A stretch of DNA of 64,000 nt from Lophium mytilinum. Lineage: Eukaryota. Location of the stretch: positions 1-64,000 of the forward strand of contig MU004195.1 in assembly GCA_010093605.1 (NCBI GenBank), read 5' to 3'. Under the pieces are notes generated by a model that worked only from the letters and a program-made list of their open reading frames with translations, was not told where the DNA came from and ran no database searches. Of this stretch, positions 13,331-25,082 are shown piece after piece. Both the position numbers and the translations under genes were made by a program. Positions within the stretch are counted from its first letter, which is position 1. Each line of letters opens with the position of its first letter.

Positions 13331-14422
13331 CTATGCGATACTGTACACCAACTTTTGGCCAGACACAGCATTGTCTCTATACAATTGGAAACCGTGAACA
13401 ACGCCTTCCAATCCCCCCTCGACTACGCGGACACGGTTGGGCTTGATTATCCCACTCGAAAGCATGCCCGGGAGTTGTTGATATAACTCAGTCGCCAGAA
13501 CCCGGTCTTCCTTTCTTTTCTATTGCTTATCAGTTGACATCCTCATTAGAGCAATGCAGTCTAATAATCATACCGGAATTTTGACAGGGCCAAGAACGAG
13601 ATCATCGAAGAACGCCGTGAAGACGACGACATCCGTTACTTTGACTCTCTTTTCCACATTCTGCGTATTCACTTTCATTGGCTGAATAGTGCATAAGGCT
13701 CCTCCGCTATCGCAGACCGCGCTTGATGCTTGCGCAGACGAGGTTTCGTTTCCCACGCAGTCCAGGACGTAGGTAATGCCAGGAAGCGCCGTTTTGATAT
13801 CCCCAATTACGGTAGGGCTTCGGTAATCGTACACAAACTTTGCGCCCAGTGCTTCTACGATATCTTTGTTTCTACACGTGGTGGCGAATCGAAATCCAAA
13901 ACGGCGGGCAATCTGAATAGCGTACTGCCCGACGCTGGTGCTTCCACCCCATATCAGCAGCTGGATCTGGTCCGCCGCAGTGCGATCGATACCCAGGCTA
14001 TAAGGCGATAGCAACGCGAGCCATGCGGTTGCAAGGGCCAATGGAACCGTTGCAGCGGCCGTCGAAGAGATACTGCCCGGGACTTTGAAGCAGAAGGCCT
14101 GTTTAACGATGGTATGGGTTGCGTAGGCACCTAAACACCAGGGCCGTCCGCCTTGCACGAGTCCAGCAACGCGGTCTCCATCCTTCACTTCAATTACATC
14201 TCCACCGACACTCTCCACATGCCCACAGAAGTCGCAGCCAAGTAATGCACCATCGCCGAAGCGGTTTTGGTCGAAACTCTTGATATCGGTGGGGTTCTGG
14301 GCAGTGGCGCTGATGCGGACGAGGACTTCCTGAGGCTGCAGGGCTGGGATAGGGACGTCTTCCAGGGCAAGATGGTTCTGCCCATCCAATGGGCGACAAA
14401 CCAGCGCTTTTGCCACAGACAT
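13331..14422 (-). CDS. Zinc-free medium-chain reductase, trans-enoyl-reductase (LovC/ToxD)-like
   Basis: Start MSVAKALV; motifs NPTD, LGCDFCG, IWGGSTSVG. Intron 13573-13520; exon 2 reads KPNRVRVVEGGLEGVVHGFQLYRDNAVSGQKLVY to stop. Confidence 0.88.
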
Positions 14423-14633
14423 TTCGTCAACGCCGAAGCAATAACGTCCAGATGTCTCGAACTTCGCCTGACGTTCTGATTTATTTCGTGGTATGATTTC
14501 TGCTTCGATTCCGTTTAGACTCCCATTCTTCTTTGTCTCTTTGTTCAGCGAATTAGGTCCGCCGTCGACTTGCTCCCGTTTTTTCTGAAGTCGCGTGGCA
14601 AGGCCAAGAGCGCGTAGGCCTGTTGATTTGGTC

Positions 14634-14672
14634 CTCCGGCGCTCGGAGTGAAATCTCGGAGAAATACCTCCG
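14634..14672. promoter_or_regulatory. Four CTCCG/CGGAG sites upstream of the MDR gene
   Basis: Sites at 14634, 14644, 14657 and 14668; CGG triplets are typical Zn2Cys6 half-sites. Confidence 0.45.
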
Positions 14673-15765
14673 AAATGCGCTCCACTCCTACGTTGCGGGG
14701 GTGCAAATTTTGTTCTACGGCCCACGTGCCCACATTTGTTGCTTCTCCTATTGTCTCTTACACTGTACGTCTCCACGTGCCGAGAGCAAGCCTATTTTCA
14801 GTCCGCTTTACCCCATGGGAGATTCATCTGCACTATTCTCCATCCAAAGTTCATTGCCGACGAGGAGAATCCCCTCTGACGAAGGAACCGACCTATTAGG
14901 TTTGCGGAGACTCAAGATGCTCCCAATATGTGTTCCAGAGTACAGCGAAGATCAGACCGCTCGCTGTAGTCGCGATTTTTCTCATGGTCATAGTCTCAGG
15001 TTGAAGCAAGTGGTTGAAGAACTTCGAAATGAGCGTCGCGCTTAGCTCGCCTATTGAAGGAAAGCGAGGAAGAGCTTGAACGGGTCATAGGGAATCGTCG
15101 ACTGTCGACTCTAGTGGACGGCCCGCATCTGTAGGACATCATCGAAGAAACGCCCCGAGCGCAGCCTTTTTTACTAGGATTCAAACGCCGGCGAGTCCAA
15201 TGGGCCCTCGTCAAGCAGCAATACCAGCTAAAGGGATATACAGGCTCCGGTCATAACACCGCACGGGGTGCCGTAGAACTGAGCCCTTCATCACTACAAA
15301 TCACAGCCATCGCGATTCGCTACGTGAGCCGCTACAAAGACTTCCGCACATGGAAATCTTCACGACTCGACTAAAGTATAGTCTAGGTCATGCCATGCAC
15401 TCGCATATGGAGCATAATATCTTTGAGTTCTAAATGACTTGGGCACAACCGATGTTCCGGTGGTCAGAAAAAGACTTGATCTAATACTCGGACCATCCTT
15501 GACAACGACCACGTGGTTAAACACTGGGGCAGATGCGGGGAAACAGCCACTTGTTCATCGCTCTTCCGCTCCGAGTCGGATCTCTGCGTCCGGATCCTCT
15601 TCAAGGCGTCTAGACACTTTCCTAGCCGTTCATTGGTTTACGCGAACTTTTTAATTTACAGCATAGCTGTTATACTCACACTCTTCCCTTGCTTCATCGA
15701 AATCCTCCAACACTCCAGCTACACCTAACGCTAGACCCCTGCCGCCTTCCTCTCCAATAGCAAAC

Positions 15766-16560
15766 ATGGGAAACGGCTCTCTAGACGGCAAAGTCATCGC
15801 CGTGACGGGGGGCTGCTCCGGGATCGGCCTCGCCATCGTCACCAAACTCATCTCCATGAAGGCCAAAGTCGCGGTCGCAGATATCGGTCCCTTACCCACA
15901 GAATTAGCTTCCGCTCCCAACCTCATATACACGACGGTGGACGTCACATCGCGCGAGCAAATCAAAGCTTGGATCGCCGAGCTGGTCGAGAAGTTCGGCC
16001 GCTTGGACGGCATGTGCGCCAATGCTGGCATCACGCCGTGGGAAGGCGGCGAGGGCACCACCTCGGAAGCGCTGTACGACAAGATATTTGCGGTGTGCAC
16101 GCTTGGGGTCTGGAACTGCGGGACGGAGGCGTATTTCCAATTCGAGAGACAGGGCGGCGGTGGCGTCCTTGTGAATACGGCGAGTGCGGCTGGGGTGTCG
16201 GGGTTCCCGGGTATGCCTGTGTATTGCGGGGCGAAACATGCGGTTGTAGGGTTTACGAGATCTTGGGCGACGACGTGGGGCGGGAAGGGAATTAGAGTAA
16301 ATGCTGTTGCGCCTGGTAGGCTGACGGTCGCGTTGGTGTGAAGCGCGGGTTGCTGATGAAAAACAGGCTTCATTGAGACGCCAGCGCAAAAGAGCCTTTT
16401 CAAGGACCATACGGCGCTTGAGCCCTTCCCGGCTGCGGTACCCCTTGGGAGGATAGGCCAGCCTGGAGAAATCGCTGATACTGTGATCTTTCTGCTCGGA
16501 GATACGTCGAGTTTCATGACGGGTCAGGTGTTGAGCGTTAATGGAGGGCATGGGGTGTAA
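15766..16560 (+). CDS. Classical short-chain dehydrogenase/reductase
   Basis: TGGCSGIG, NAG, YCGAK, IRVNAVAPG. Intron 16316-16366; exon 2 has PLGRIGQP..IA...FL...SFMTGQVLSVNGG. Confidence 0.92.
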
Positions 16561-17684
16561 AGAGCTTCATTTTGCAAGCCTAAAAACTGATAAAATATGT
16601 GTAGGTTGTCTTAGTAGAAATCATAAGTGCGAAGGAAGTCCAGAAAGGCTTCCAACAAGTCCCAGTACTGTGCAAATGAGATCGCAACATTACCTGGTAA
16701 GGGCGCGATAGTAGTTTGGCATTTAACTTCTCAGGTGGGGCATACGGGATTTGAGTCTTTGCGTCCTCCTTCCGTATATACCAACCAGACCGACCGGATT
16801 CAACGTGATACTTGAGCCCTTGTCGTTTGCTTTTTCTCACGTCTGAAAATTGCGCTGCTATCTTTACGAGCATTCGTCGCCTCCTTACTATCAATCTTTC
16901 ATATTCAGAGTGCAGGCAAAGGAAACTTGTACCGCATTTGCGCTTTCTTCAAGTTGCCGTGTTGAATTCGCTGAACACAATGCTGGTCGTTGCCAGTGAA
17001 GTCACTTGGTACGTAAAGCAAAAGGACTCGTCCAATACCGGACGTAGCGCTGATCAGTAACGGGAAAGAGCTTGCCATTCTCTGTGAGAATCGCGATTTC
17101 AACAGCTTCAAGTGGTGAGCTGCCGATGGAATCGATACTCGCCCAGCACTACGACACAGCTTCACGATACTACTTCAACGTTCGTCTTCTGAAATTCGAA
17201 ATGAGGACATAGGACGCTATCAGCTTACATCTACAGTAAGGCTAGGTAATATCAATGCTAGCAGCTAGTTTCGTGGTACTCCGCGTCCCAGTAGGTGGAT
17301 ACCGAATAAGATGCAAAAGCTGGAGGGAAGCATCCGCGAACCTTGCGTTGTTCAAAAGGAAGAACGGCATGAGCTCATGTATCGGATGTTGGCTAATCCG
17401 CGTACCGGAATGTATGACTTGGCATGGCCCAGCTGCTCATATATCCAGGTTCCCCGCAACAATTCTCCCCACATCTTTTCAAAATCTGGGGTAGCTTCAC
17501 GTGCCTCGGGGGAACTATCACTAGTAAGAATTCCTCTCTTTTTTGTCTTGAATCGGCAGGAGTTTAGCTAATGATCAGTTCAAAGCCAGAAAGACCAGTT
17601 GAAGCAAGAGAAATTCCACCTCGAATATTACAACGATCTTTCCGCAAATCTCTTAGTCAGCAGACCAATCCCGAGACCATAACT

Positions 17685-18125
17685 ATGGGCCGCACGCTCG
17701 TCAACGAAGTCATTCAGACATTCAACTGCTCTCCCGATGAACTATGGCCTATCTTCGGTCCCGGCTGGGCTAGTCTCAAGCTCTGGATGCCTGGCGTAAA
17801 GTCCTGCTCGCTATCCCCTCCAAACGTCGAGGTCGGTGCAGTGCGGTCGGTCATTATAAACGGCGGCCTATTGAATGAGAAGATGATACGTTATGATCCA
17901 GAAGACTATTTCACTGAATATCTTGTTGTTGAGCCCCATTCTTATCCAGTCAAGGGCTTGTACGGGAACACGAGGTTGGAGAAAACGGGAGAGAATGGGA
18001 CAAAGATTACATGGTGGGCGGATGCTGACGAGGTAGATGAGGAGAGCTTAAAGGTTGTGGGTCCATATCTTACCACGCTCTTTGAATCAGGGCTTAACGC
18101 GTTGCATAAGTTGCTAGACGCTTGA
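17685..18125 (+). CDS. SRPBCC / polyketide cyclase-dehydrase (Bet v1-like) family protein
   Basis: 146-aa intronless ORF from MGRTLV: SPDELW...WMPGVKSC...VGAVR...E.....D...TKITW..D plus a C-terminal amphipathic helix GLNALHKLL. Confidence 0.8.
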   Translation: MGRTLVNEVIQTFNCSPDELWPIFGPGWASLKLWMPGVKSCSLSPPNVEVGAVRSVIINGGLLNEKMIRYDPEDYFTEYLVVEPHSYPVKGLYGNTRLEKTGENGTKITWWADADEVDEESLKVVGPYLTTLFESGLNALHKLLDA

Positions 18126-18673
18126 AGAGGTGGGGGATCTGAAAGCAATGGCAACTTCATTTTCTAATCTTGTCATTATTTGCAATGTTTTCTAGCAGCA
18201 TTCTTCCAAATAAAAATATAAGCTCTGCGGGGAATTTGAACGAGGCAAGCGGCAAATGTTTGAAGCTGCAGCGCATTTCCTACTGCACTACCCACAGGAG
18301 ATCACCAGGTCAGGGCACAGAGGGCTCACGTCAACAAAAGCGGACCGTGGAGAGAGCAGTCCTGGCCCTCCGGATGGTTCGGTGGTGGGTGCTGGACCGG
18401 ACCGGTGAAAAATCTCCGACTCACCCACGGCGATCGCGACACAGCATCCGAGACCAGGGAGTCAACCCCTACTCCCAGGATATTCATAGTAGCTGGGTGC
18501 AGATCATAAGGAAAGAAGATCGCATGGGTCAGCCGACATTTGCGGCGCATACGGCCCCTAAAGCTCTTATTCACTGGAGAAACCTTTAAAATGCTGCTCA
18601 AGAAGAACACTATATTTGAGTTCAACAACCATCCCCTAAAAGGACGTTCAACACTCCATACATCACAGCCAAA

Positions 18674-19258
18674 ATGACGGTGACAGTGGACTTCGACGCC
18701 CCGGCCGACCAAGTCAAGTCTCCTGCAATCCTCGCACACGTCGTCCTACGCACCGCAAACTTCAAAGAAATGGTCAACTTTTACAAAACTTTCCTCGGCG
18801 CGTCTGCCGCCTACGAGAACGACTTCCTCTCTTTCCTCACTTACGACGAGGAGCATCACCGCATTGCGCTTCTTTGTGTACCAGGAACCGGCCCAAAGGT
18901 ACCAACGAGCTCGGGCCTAGAGCACATTGCTTTCGCCTACGAGAAGCTGGAAGACCTAGCTCTAGCATATCGCCAGCGTAAAGCTAAGGGTATCTTGCCG
19001 GTGTGGAGTGTAAACCACGGCCCCACGACATCGATATACTACAAAGATCCCGATGGGAACATGCTTGAGACTCAAGTCGACAACTTCGATGTTCCCGACG
19101 ATGCCACTAAGTTCATGATGTCGAAGGATTTTGAGGTGAACCCGTTTGGTACAGACTTTGAGCCGGAAGACTTGATTAAGAGGCTGAGGGCGGGCGAGGA
19201 TGAGAAGTCAATTAAGAAGAGGATTGAAAGTGGTCCGAGGGGTATTCCAGATCTCTGA
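18674..19258 (+). CDS. VOC/glyoxalase-family protein, single-domain extradiol dioxygenase (BphC-III)-like
   Basis: LAHVVLRT, YDEEHHRIAL, GLEHIAF, NHGPTTSIYYKDPDGNMLETQ; intronless. Confidence 0.88.
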   Translation: MTVTVDFDAPADQVKSPAILAHVVLRTANFKEMVNFYKTFLGASAAYENDFLSFLTYDEEHHRIALLCVPGTGPKVPTSSGLEHIAFAYEKLEDLALAYRQRKAKGILPVWSVNHGPTTSIYYKDPDGNMLETQVDNFDVPDDATKFMMSKDFEVNPFGTDFEPEDLIKRLRAGEDEKSIKKRIESGPRGIPDL

Positions 19259-19567
19259 GCCTGACGGATGGATGGTGCTCTCTTTGTAGCATAGCCGCGC
19301 GATGATAGGAAGATAGAATAGTGGCTAGGAATGTCACAAAACTCCAACCTTCGGGATGGGCCTCCATAGTCGCTATGAGCACTCAATTCTTCCAAACGAT
19401 GCGCCAAGCAGCTGTACCATGGCTTCAGCTCCCCCGCCTTACCAGTCACCTTCTGATTCTTCGCTTACAGTGACGAAAACGATTTAGTTAGTATAAACAA
19501 GCTCATAGCCACGAACTCGCTACCAGCCTGGCGGGTCTTCCGAAACCCGACCACGTGCAGACCTTAG

Positions 19568-19726
19568 CTCCGGCTCTCGTGGCTCCGAAAGCTCTTCGCC
19601 GATTGGCCACTCCGGAAGCAGATGGTAAATGCTCCGGACGAGACGCTCCGGGCGGACAGACCTCAGACTTCACAAATCACAATTCCTCCGCACGATCATC
19701 GTTCCCCGCAACTCGCGGAGCCGGAG
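19568..19726. promoter_or_regulatory. Eight CTCCG/CGGAG sites upstream of the SnoaL-like gene
   Basis: Sites at 19568, 19583, 19610, 19632, 19646, 19686, 19716 and 19722. Confidence 0.55.
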
Positions 19727-19959
19727 AGACTCTTGACACTAGGCTTGACAACATGAGGGGCAGGCAGTGGGGAGACCGCAAGCTCTCTCCCAGGGTCCAA
19801 CTTCCCGTGATTTCGTGCTTTCTACCCTTTCTTCTGCTATCTAACGTCATCGAGTCTTCGTCGCTTTGCATGTTTCTACTTCTACGAGACAGACCCCAGT
19901 CCCTCTTCGCCATTGAAACTTCTCTTCCATTAGTACGTCTCGAATCGTAGCAATAGAAA

Positions 19960-20587
19960 ATGGGTTACAACACCGAAAACACCGAGTGGCCAACTGCAAC
20001 ACCGGTCCCCGAGGTCCAGAAGACCATAATCGACACGCTATTCAACTTGCTAGACGACAAAAGCGCGGGCGTGGGCGACAAGCTTGCGGACGAGATCTTC
20101 ACAAGTGATGGAATCTTGCATGGAGGCGCTGGAACGGCTAAAGGCACCGATGGTATATTCCCAGTTCTCAACTTCAAAAAGTCTTTCCCTCCTAGTAACT
20201 GACTCGGGATGCTGTAACATAGCCATCCGCCACGCCCGCGACAATGCCTGGAAGATAATCCATACTCGCCGCCACAAAGTCCTCCGCGTCTACGTACACG
20301 ATGCTGAAGCAAAAGATCTCCTGATCGTCGGGCATGTGACTATGGGCTTCCCGAATGGTAAAGAGAATGCGGGGGAGTTTACGGCAAGAATATTGTTCGT
20401 GGCGCCTGAGACTGAGGGTGGAAAGCCGAAAATCAAGGACTACAACGTGTGGGCGGTATGTTTCCCTCTTCGCTCATTGACGAACTCTTGCAAACTTAGG
20501 GGATGCGAGAGCTGACAACTGGGTACTTTCCAGGACACTGCGCCATTGAGTAAAGCGATTCAAGAGGCGCTAGCAGATGCGAAGTAG
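19960..20587 (+). CDS. SnoaL/NTF2-like small protein
   Basis: Exons 19960-20152, 20223-20455 and 20534-20587. Pattern LFNLLDD...LADEIFTSDG...GTDAIR...RRHKV...GEFTARI...IKDYNVWAD. Confidence 0.75.
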
Positions 20588-21141
20588 AGGGTGTAGCGGA
20601 CGTTGAGGCGCCGGATAAGTTCATAGCTTAAGTATGTATAGGATATGATATCTATCTGTGCATACCATGATCCATGAAGGTCATTCCGTGCCTTCCGGGA
20701 CTTTCTTCTATCAGTATTGATCGTGGCCTGCGAAGTAGTAGCGCTTTGAGGAAAGGTACTTTTCTGTGATCTCGGACCAACGAAAATGCATGTGCCGAAG
20801 ATCATAATTACCGGGGAAATCTATAGACACTCCGTTGCACAAGGGTAGAGTTGTGGACGTGTGCATTAGGCGAGGTATAGAGGAGTCTTCGGGCCTGTGA
20901 TTTGGCCCCGAAAATGATCTCGCAGCTGTCTGGTCCCACTTCCATGCGGAAAGACGCCACAAATCAAGCATACGCATGAGATGAGTGTGGGGAAAAAAGT
21001 ACGTAGTGAGGAAATACTGCGGGGTCCCCGCGAGTTCGGGCTCATTGTCCGCTGTCTTCTACCCGACTGCTCCTGCTTACTCCCGGAACCTCGAAACATC
21101 TTCCCAATTTTCTATGCCAGCTCCAAATCGCATGTGCTGAA

Positions 21142-23891
21142 ATGACAAGCCAACGGGAGAATCCAAAGTGCGCGCGAGCGTGCGAGTATTGTCGTCTCAA
21201 GAAAATCAAATGTTAGTCATCTGCAGCGTCATTGCGAAGAACTTAGCTGATGGAACGCGCTCACAGGCGACGCGAAGCAACCATGCAAGAACTGCGTCCT
21301 GCGTCACGAAGAATGCATCACTATTCCCCTGGTGCGCAAAAATACGCGTGAACGACACCGATTGCTCCAACTTCGAGCAGAACGCGCTGAAGCCCGTCTC
21401 GCTGCTGCTGGCATTGCCAATCTTGATGAACCTGACAGCATCATTCAAAGCCCTCCAGCCAGTAATGGGGAGCTGTTCCTGCCATCGCCTCTAGGTGAGA
21501 GTGCTAGGGATAGTGCCGCAACTATCACTACGCAGGTGTCCGCAATCGAATCGCCCCGATCAGCTTTTGTAGCGCTTCCGCGACATCCCTCCTTTGCGTC
21601 CTCTCATCGGCCTCAGGCCTCGATGAACGATAAACAGTTCATCTGCAACGGAGATCCCGTCGTTCGGTCTATCACGCCGCTCACCTGGCGGCAAGATTTC
21701 CAGAATCTTTCACGTCCTCCGTATTCCGACCTTGATGACAGCGGCCAATCGCAAGCTCGTACTTCGATGATATCTCCAACCGAAACAGTATGTATTGAGG
21801 TCGTATTTTTAAAGTTGATACTGATATATCGTTGCTAGAGTACTACCATAGAGCATCATGGTGGGTTACATCTCATACCGGATTCATTATGAAGCTAGAA
21901 TCGTATTGATTAAATGTAGGGCCGCAGTCGTGGTTGTCCATCTGCTCCGATTCGGGAGTCCGATGGGTTTCTCAAAAGATCGGAATCCCCGATTTCAACA
22001 ATAGCGCGTCTTCACTAACGAATGTCATTTCTCGCGGACTGAAAATGCAACAAATGAATAAGCACCAGAGACCCGAGCCAGATCGCGAGACTGCTTGGTC
22101 ATACACCAAAGGTTTGCTGCCCGACAGCCTTATCCTTGCCGGGCTAATCGTGGAGGTTTTCAGCTTACTTTGAACACACCGTGGAAGCAGACATTGGAAG
22201 CATCAATCGCCGCACTTTTGAAGCTCGGCTGCAAGTTTACATGGATAGAAGCGAGATGTCAGATCCGGACGAAGATCCGGCCTGGTATGCGCTTCGAAAC
22301 ATAGTTTACGCGTTTGGATGTAGATTCCTGCTTTGTCAGAAGATATCGAGAGATGCATGGGCAGAAGCCCAGAATGAATCGTGGAGATTCTTCGAGAACG
22401 CTCTGTTGGTACATACCGAGCTTGTGTATTTTCCCTCAAGTTCTTCTGCTGTCCAGGCTTTGTTGGTTATGGTCAGTTCTTTCATCACTATCTACATGTC
22501 GTACATTGACACTTGTCGCGCAGGCACTCTTCGTCGAAGGGATGGGCGTGCCCAAGCTTGAGTACATGCTCATCAGCAATGCCTTGCGACTAGCCCATTC
22601 AAAGGCACTTCACCTACAGCCACCGGCGTCCAGTAGGATCCCCCTAGCCGAGATAGCATATCGTAGTTGGCTTTGGTGGTCTATCTATATTTACGAGAAA
22701 CACATTGCGTATAGATCTGGACGACCCTCTGTACGTTTTCTGCCTGAATGTCATGCAACCCTGGCGCCCTCTTACACTGATTTGCTCGCAGGCGATAGAT
22801 GACGATGAGATCACATGTGAATTTCCCACAATAGCGCCAAATGGGAAGGAAATACATGTCAAACTGTTCACTTCTCTCATCGAGCATGCGCAGATTTCGT
22901 CATCAACCATGCGATCTTTGTCCCGAACTAAGGCTGCGCAGAGGTCTCCTGCTGAGTTAATCAGTACGGTAGAAAAGCTTGATAGGCGACTGTATTCCTG
23001 GTATCAGAGTATTCCAGAATCTCTTCGCTTGGACCTAACCGTCAAGAAGTCTAATTTACCGGAAGGGATCCAACTCGAGCACCTACTGTACATCCACCTC
23101 GCCTATCATGGGAGCTTAATTTCAATTCATTCATTTCTCGGTTACCCTTGGAATCTGATAGGTTTCGCATCCGACTCAAGCAGGGACCTAACGGAGAGAA
23201 TGGAATCAAGCACTAGAATTGTCGCGGAAGCGTCCCGTAACTTGATCTTGGCAACAAGAGATATCAGCATCGACGCCGAGGCTCCTGCATGGTACGAGCC
23301 AAGATTACTACGTGACGATGTGAAGTCTGCAAAATGGCATGGCTGACCCTAATTCAGGCTCATCTTTTATTACCCCCTTCTCGGCATGATCAACCTATTC
23401 ATCCACATTCTCCGATTTCCTGCGCTACCCACGGTTTCCTCAGACATTCAACTGATGGACATGATCGCGGCATATTTTGGATATATTGACTTTTCAACGG
23501 CGTCACGACTCTCGTTTCCGTTCACCAGAGACATCGCCCACTGGGCCCGTATGGTCTCTGAAAAGGCTCGATCAACACAGGCGACCCTTGAGCCCAGTAT
23601 ACGAGCTATCACGCCTCCCGAGAGCACCGTGGAGACGTTCGGAAATGTCGTAGAGGATGACTTCATGGCCCAGGTATACATCCCCTTCGATTTCTTCAAT
23701 GTACGCCTTCAGGTCTATCTTCCTCGCTTATATGGAGACTGATGGTGTGTACTCAGCTTGCGAACTTTGATCCTATCGAATTCGGAGGAGTCGAAGATTG
23801 GCCGAACTTTTTGTCCTCCATGTCACAGGTTCCGCTCATGGCTTGGAATGATTTTTCAGGGAATGGGGAGTCCAACGGGAGATGGCAATGA
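21142..23891 (+). CDS. Zn(II)2Cys6 transcription factor with fungal-specific TF domain
   Basis: Spliced N-terminus ACEYCRLKKIKC-DAKQPCKNCVLRHEEC; middle homology region with WLWWSIYIYEKHIAYRSGRPS; many GT-AG introns; stop at 23889-23891. Confidence 0.88.
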
Positions 23892-25082
23892 CAGTCTCCT
23901 AGGTGACCTACTCCTTGAAGTCTTTCCAGAAGACTACTTCTATTACAATCTCTTTTTGGTCTTGGGTATGCGTGGGAAAGCGTCAACGACCTCGATATTC
24001 CAATCAACTCAGTATTGATAGTATTGATGCAATCAGTTCAGTCAACATGACCTACCTTTGCTGACTAACTGACAACTCAATCATTATCGAGAGGCCAGAC
24101 TGATTGATTAAATTGACGCCAGCCAGGGGAGCTTGTCGGTGACGCTATCGTTCTGCATGATGCCGTCGTCTTTGGCTAGATTCTTAGGCTGAGCGTCAGC
24201 CATGCATTCCGTGTAACTGAGCATGACACGGTGAAGGACGTCCCGCATAGCCCAAGAGCCCTAGTTGAAGCTTATAAGCCTACCCGCAGAGGTGGGTGAG
24301 TGGCAGATGTCCGAAAAGCAGCCGGAGTCCGCACGCGATGCTGACCAGCGTAGGAAAGTTACGTAGACATTCAAGAGGAGCGACAGATACGTGTAAATTG
24401 CGGGAAGCACAGTGATGGTTGTCACTTGCAAGCCATGGAGAGCAGATGGAAGCGTGAAGCGTGAGGTAAGGTGTGTCGTCGGCGATGGTGTTGAGTGCAG
24501 GGGCGCTCCCGACACCGGCCCACCGGTCTTCGGCATGCTTGGCCTAGGAAAACGCTCGGTCCAGGCCCGAGACCCTGCATTAGATAGTCCCGCTATCAGC
24601 CTTCTCACCCTACAGATCCTTTTTGCTGCTCAACATTACTCCTCGACGCCCGCCCTCCTTTTCCTGTCTGCAACACCACAACCATCTGCATATCCATCGC
24701 TCAATCTCGCCTACAGGACCTCAAGCAGTGCGGTCGTTCTTACTGGTCTATCTTATGGTGAGAACCGCTTTTGGGCAACAACATCCCTCGGTTAGACCAG
24801 TCCCGTGATACGAGGTCCAGGTCTAGTCTGCTTGGCCATCGGGTCCCGACATCTCGTTCTTTCCCAAGATCGGATCGCAATCGTTGCAGACATTCGTCTA
24901 GGGCAGCCAGAAAAAGGCCTGAAGTGCATCTGAGCGAAAATCTGGATCTGGGCCGACTCGGCCGCCTTTTTTTCTTGCCGCTCCGACCATACCCGTCAGA
25001 TAACCAGACGCGTCGACGCCGGTGATCTCGGAAAACTCTCAAATAGCACGCATCAAGCAGATTTCTTATTCATTTCCGTAGA

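Noticed and set aside
13568..14776. 402-aa N-terminally extended MDR ORF from the ORF track
   Set aside because: It uses a non-ATG start and the extension covers the promoter motifs; family similarity begins at ATG 14422.
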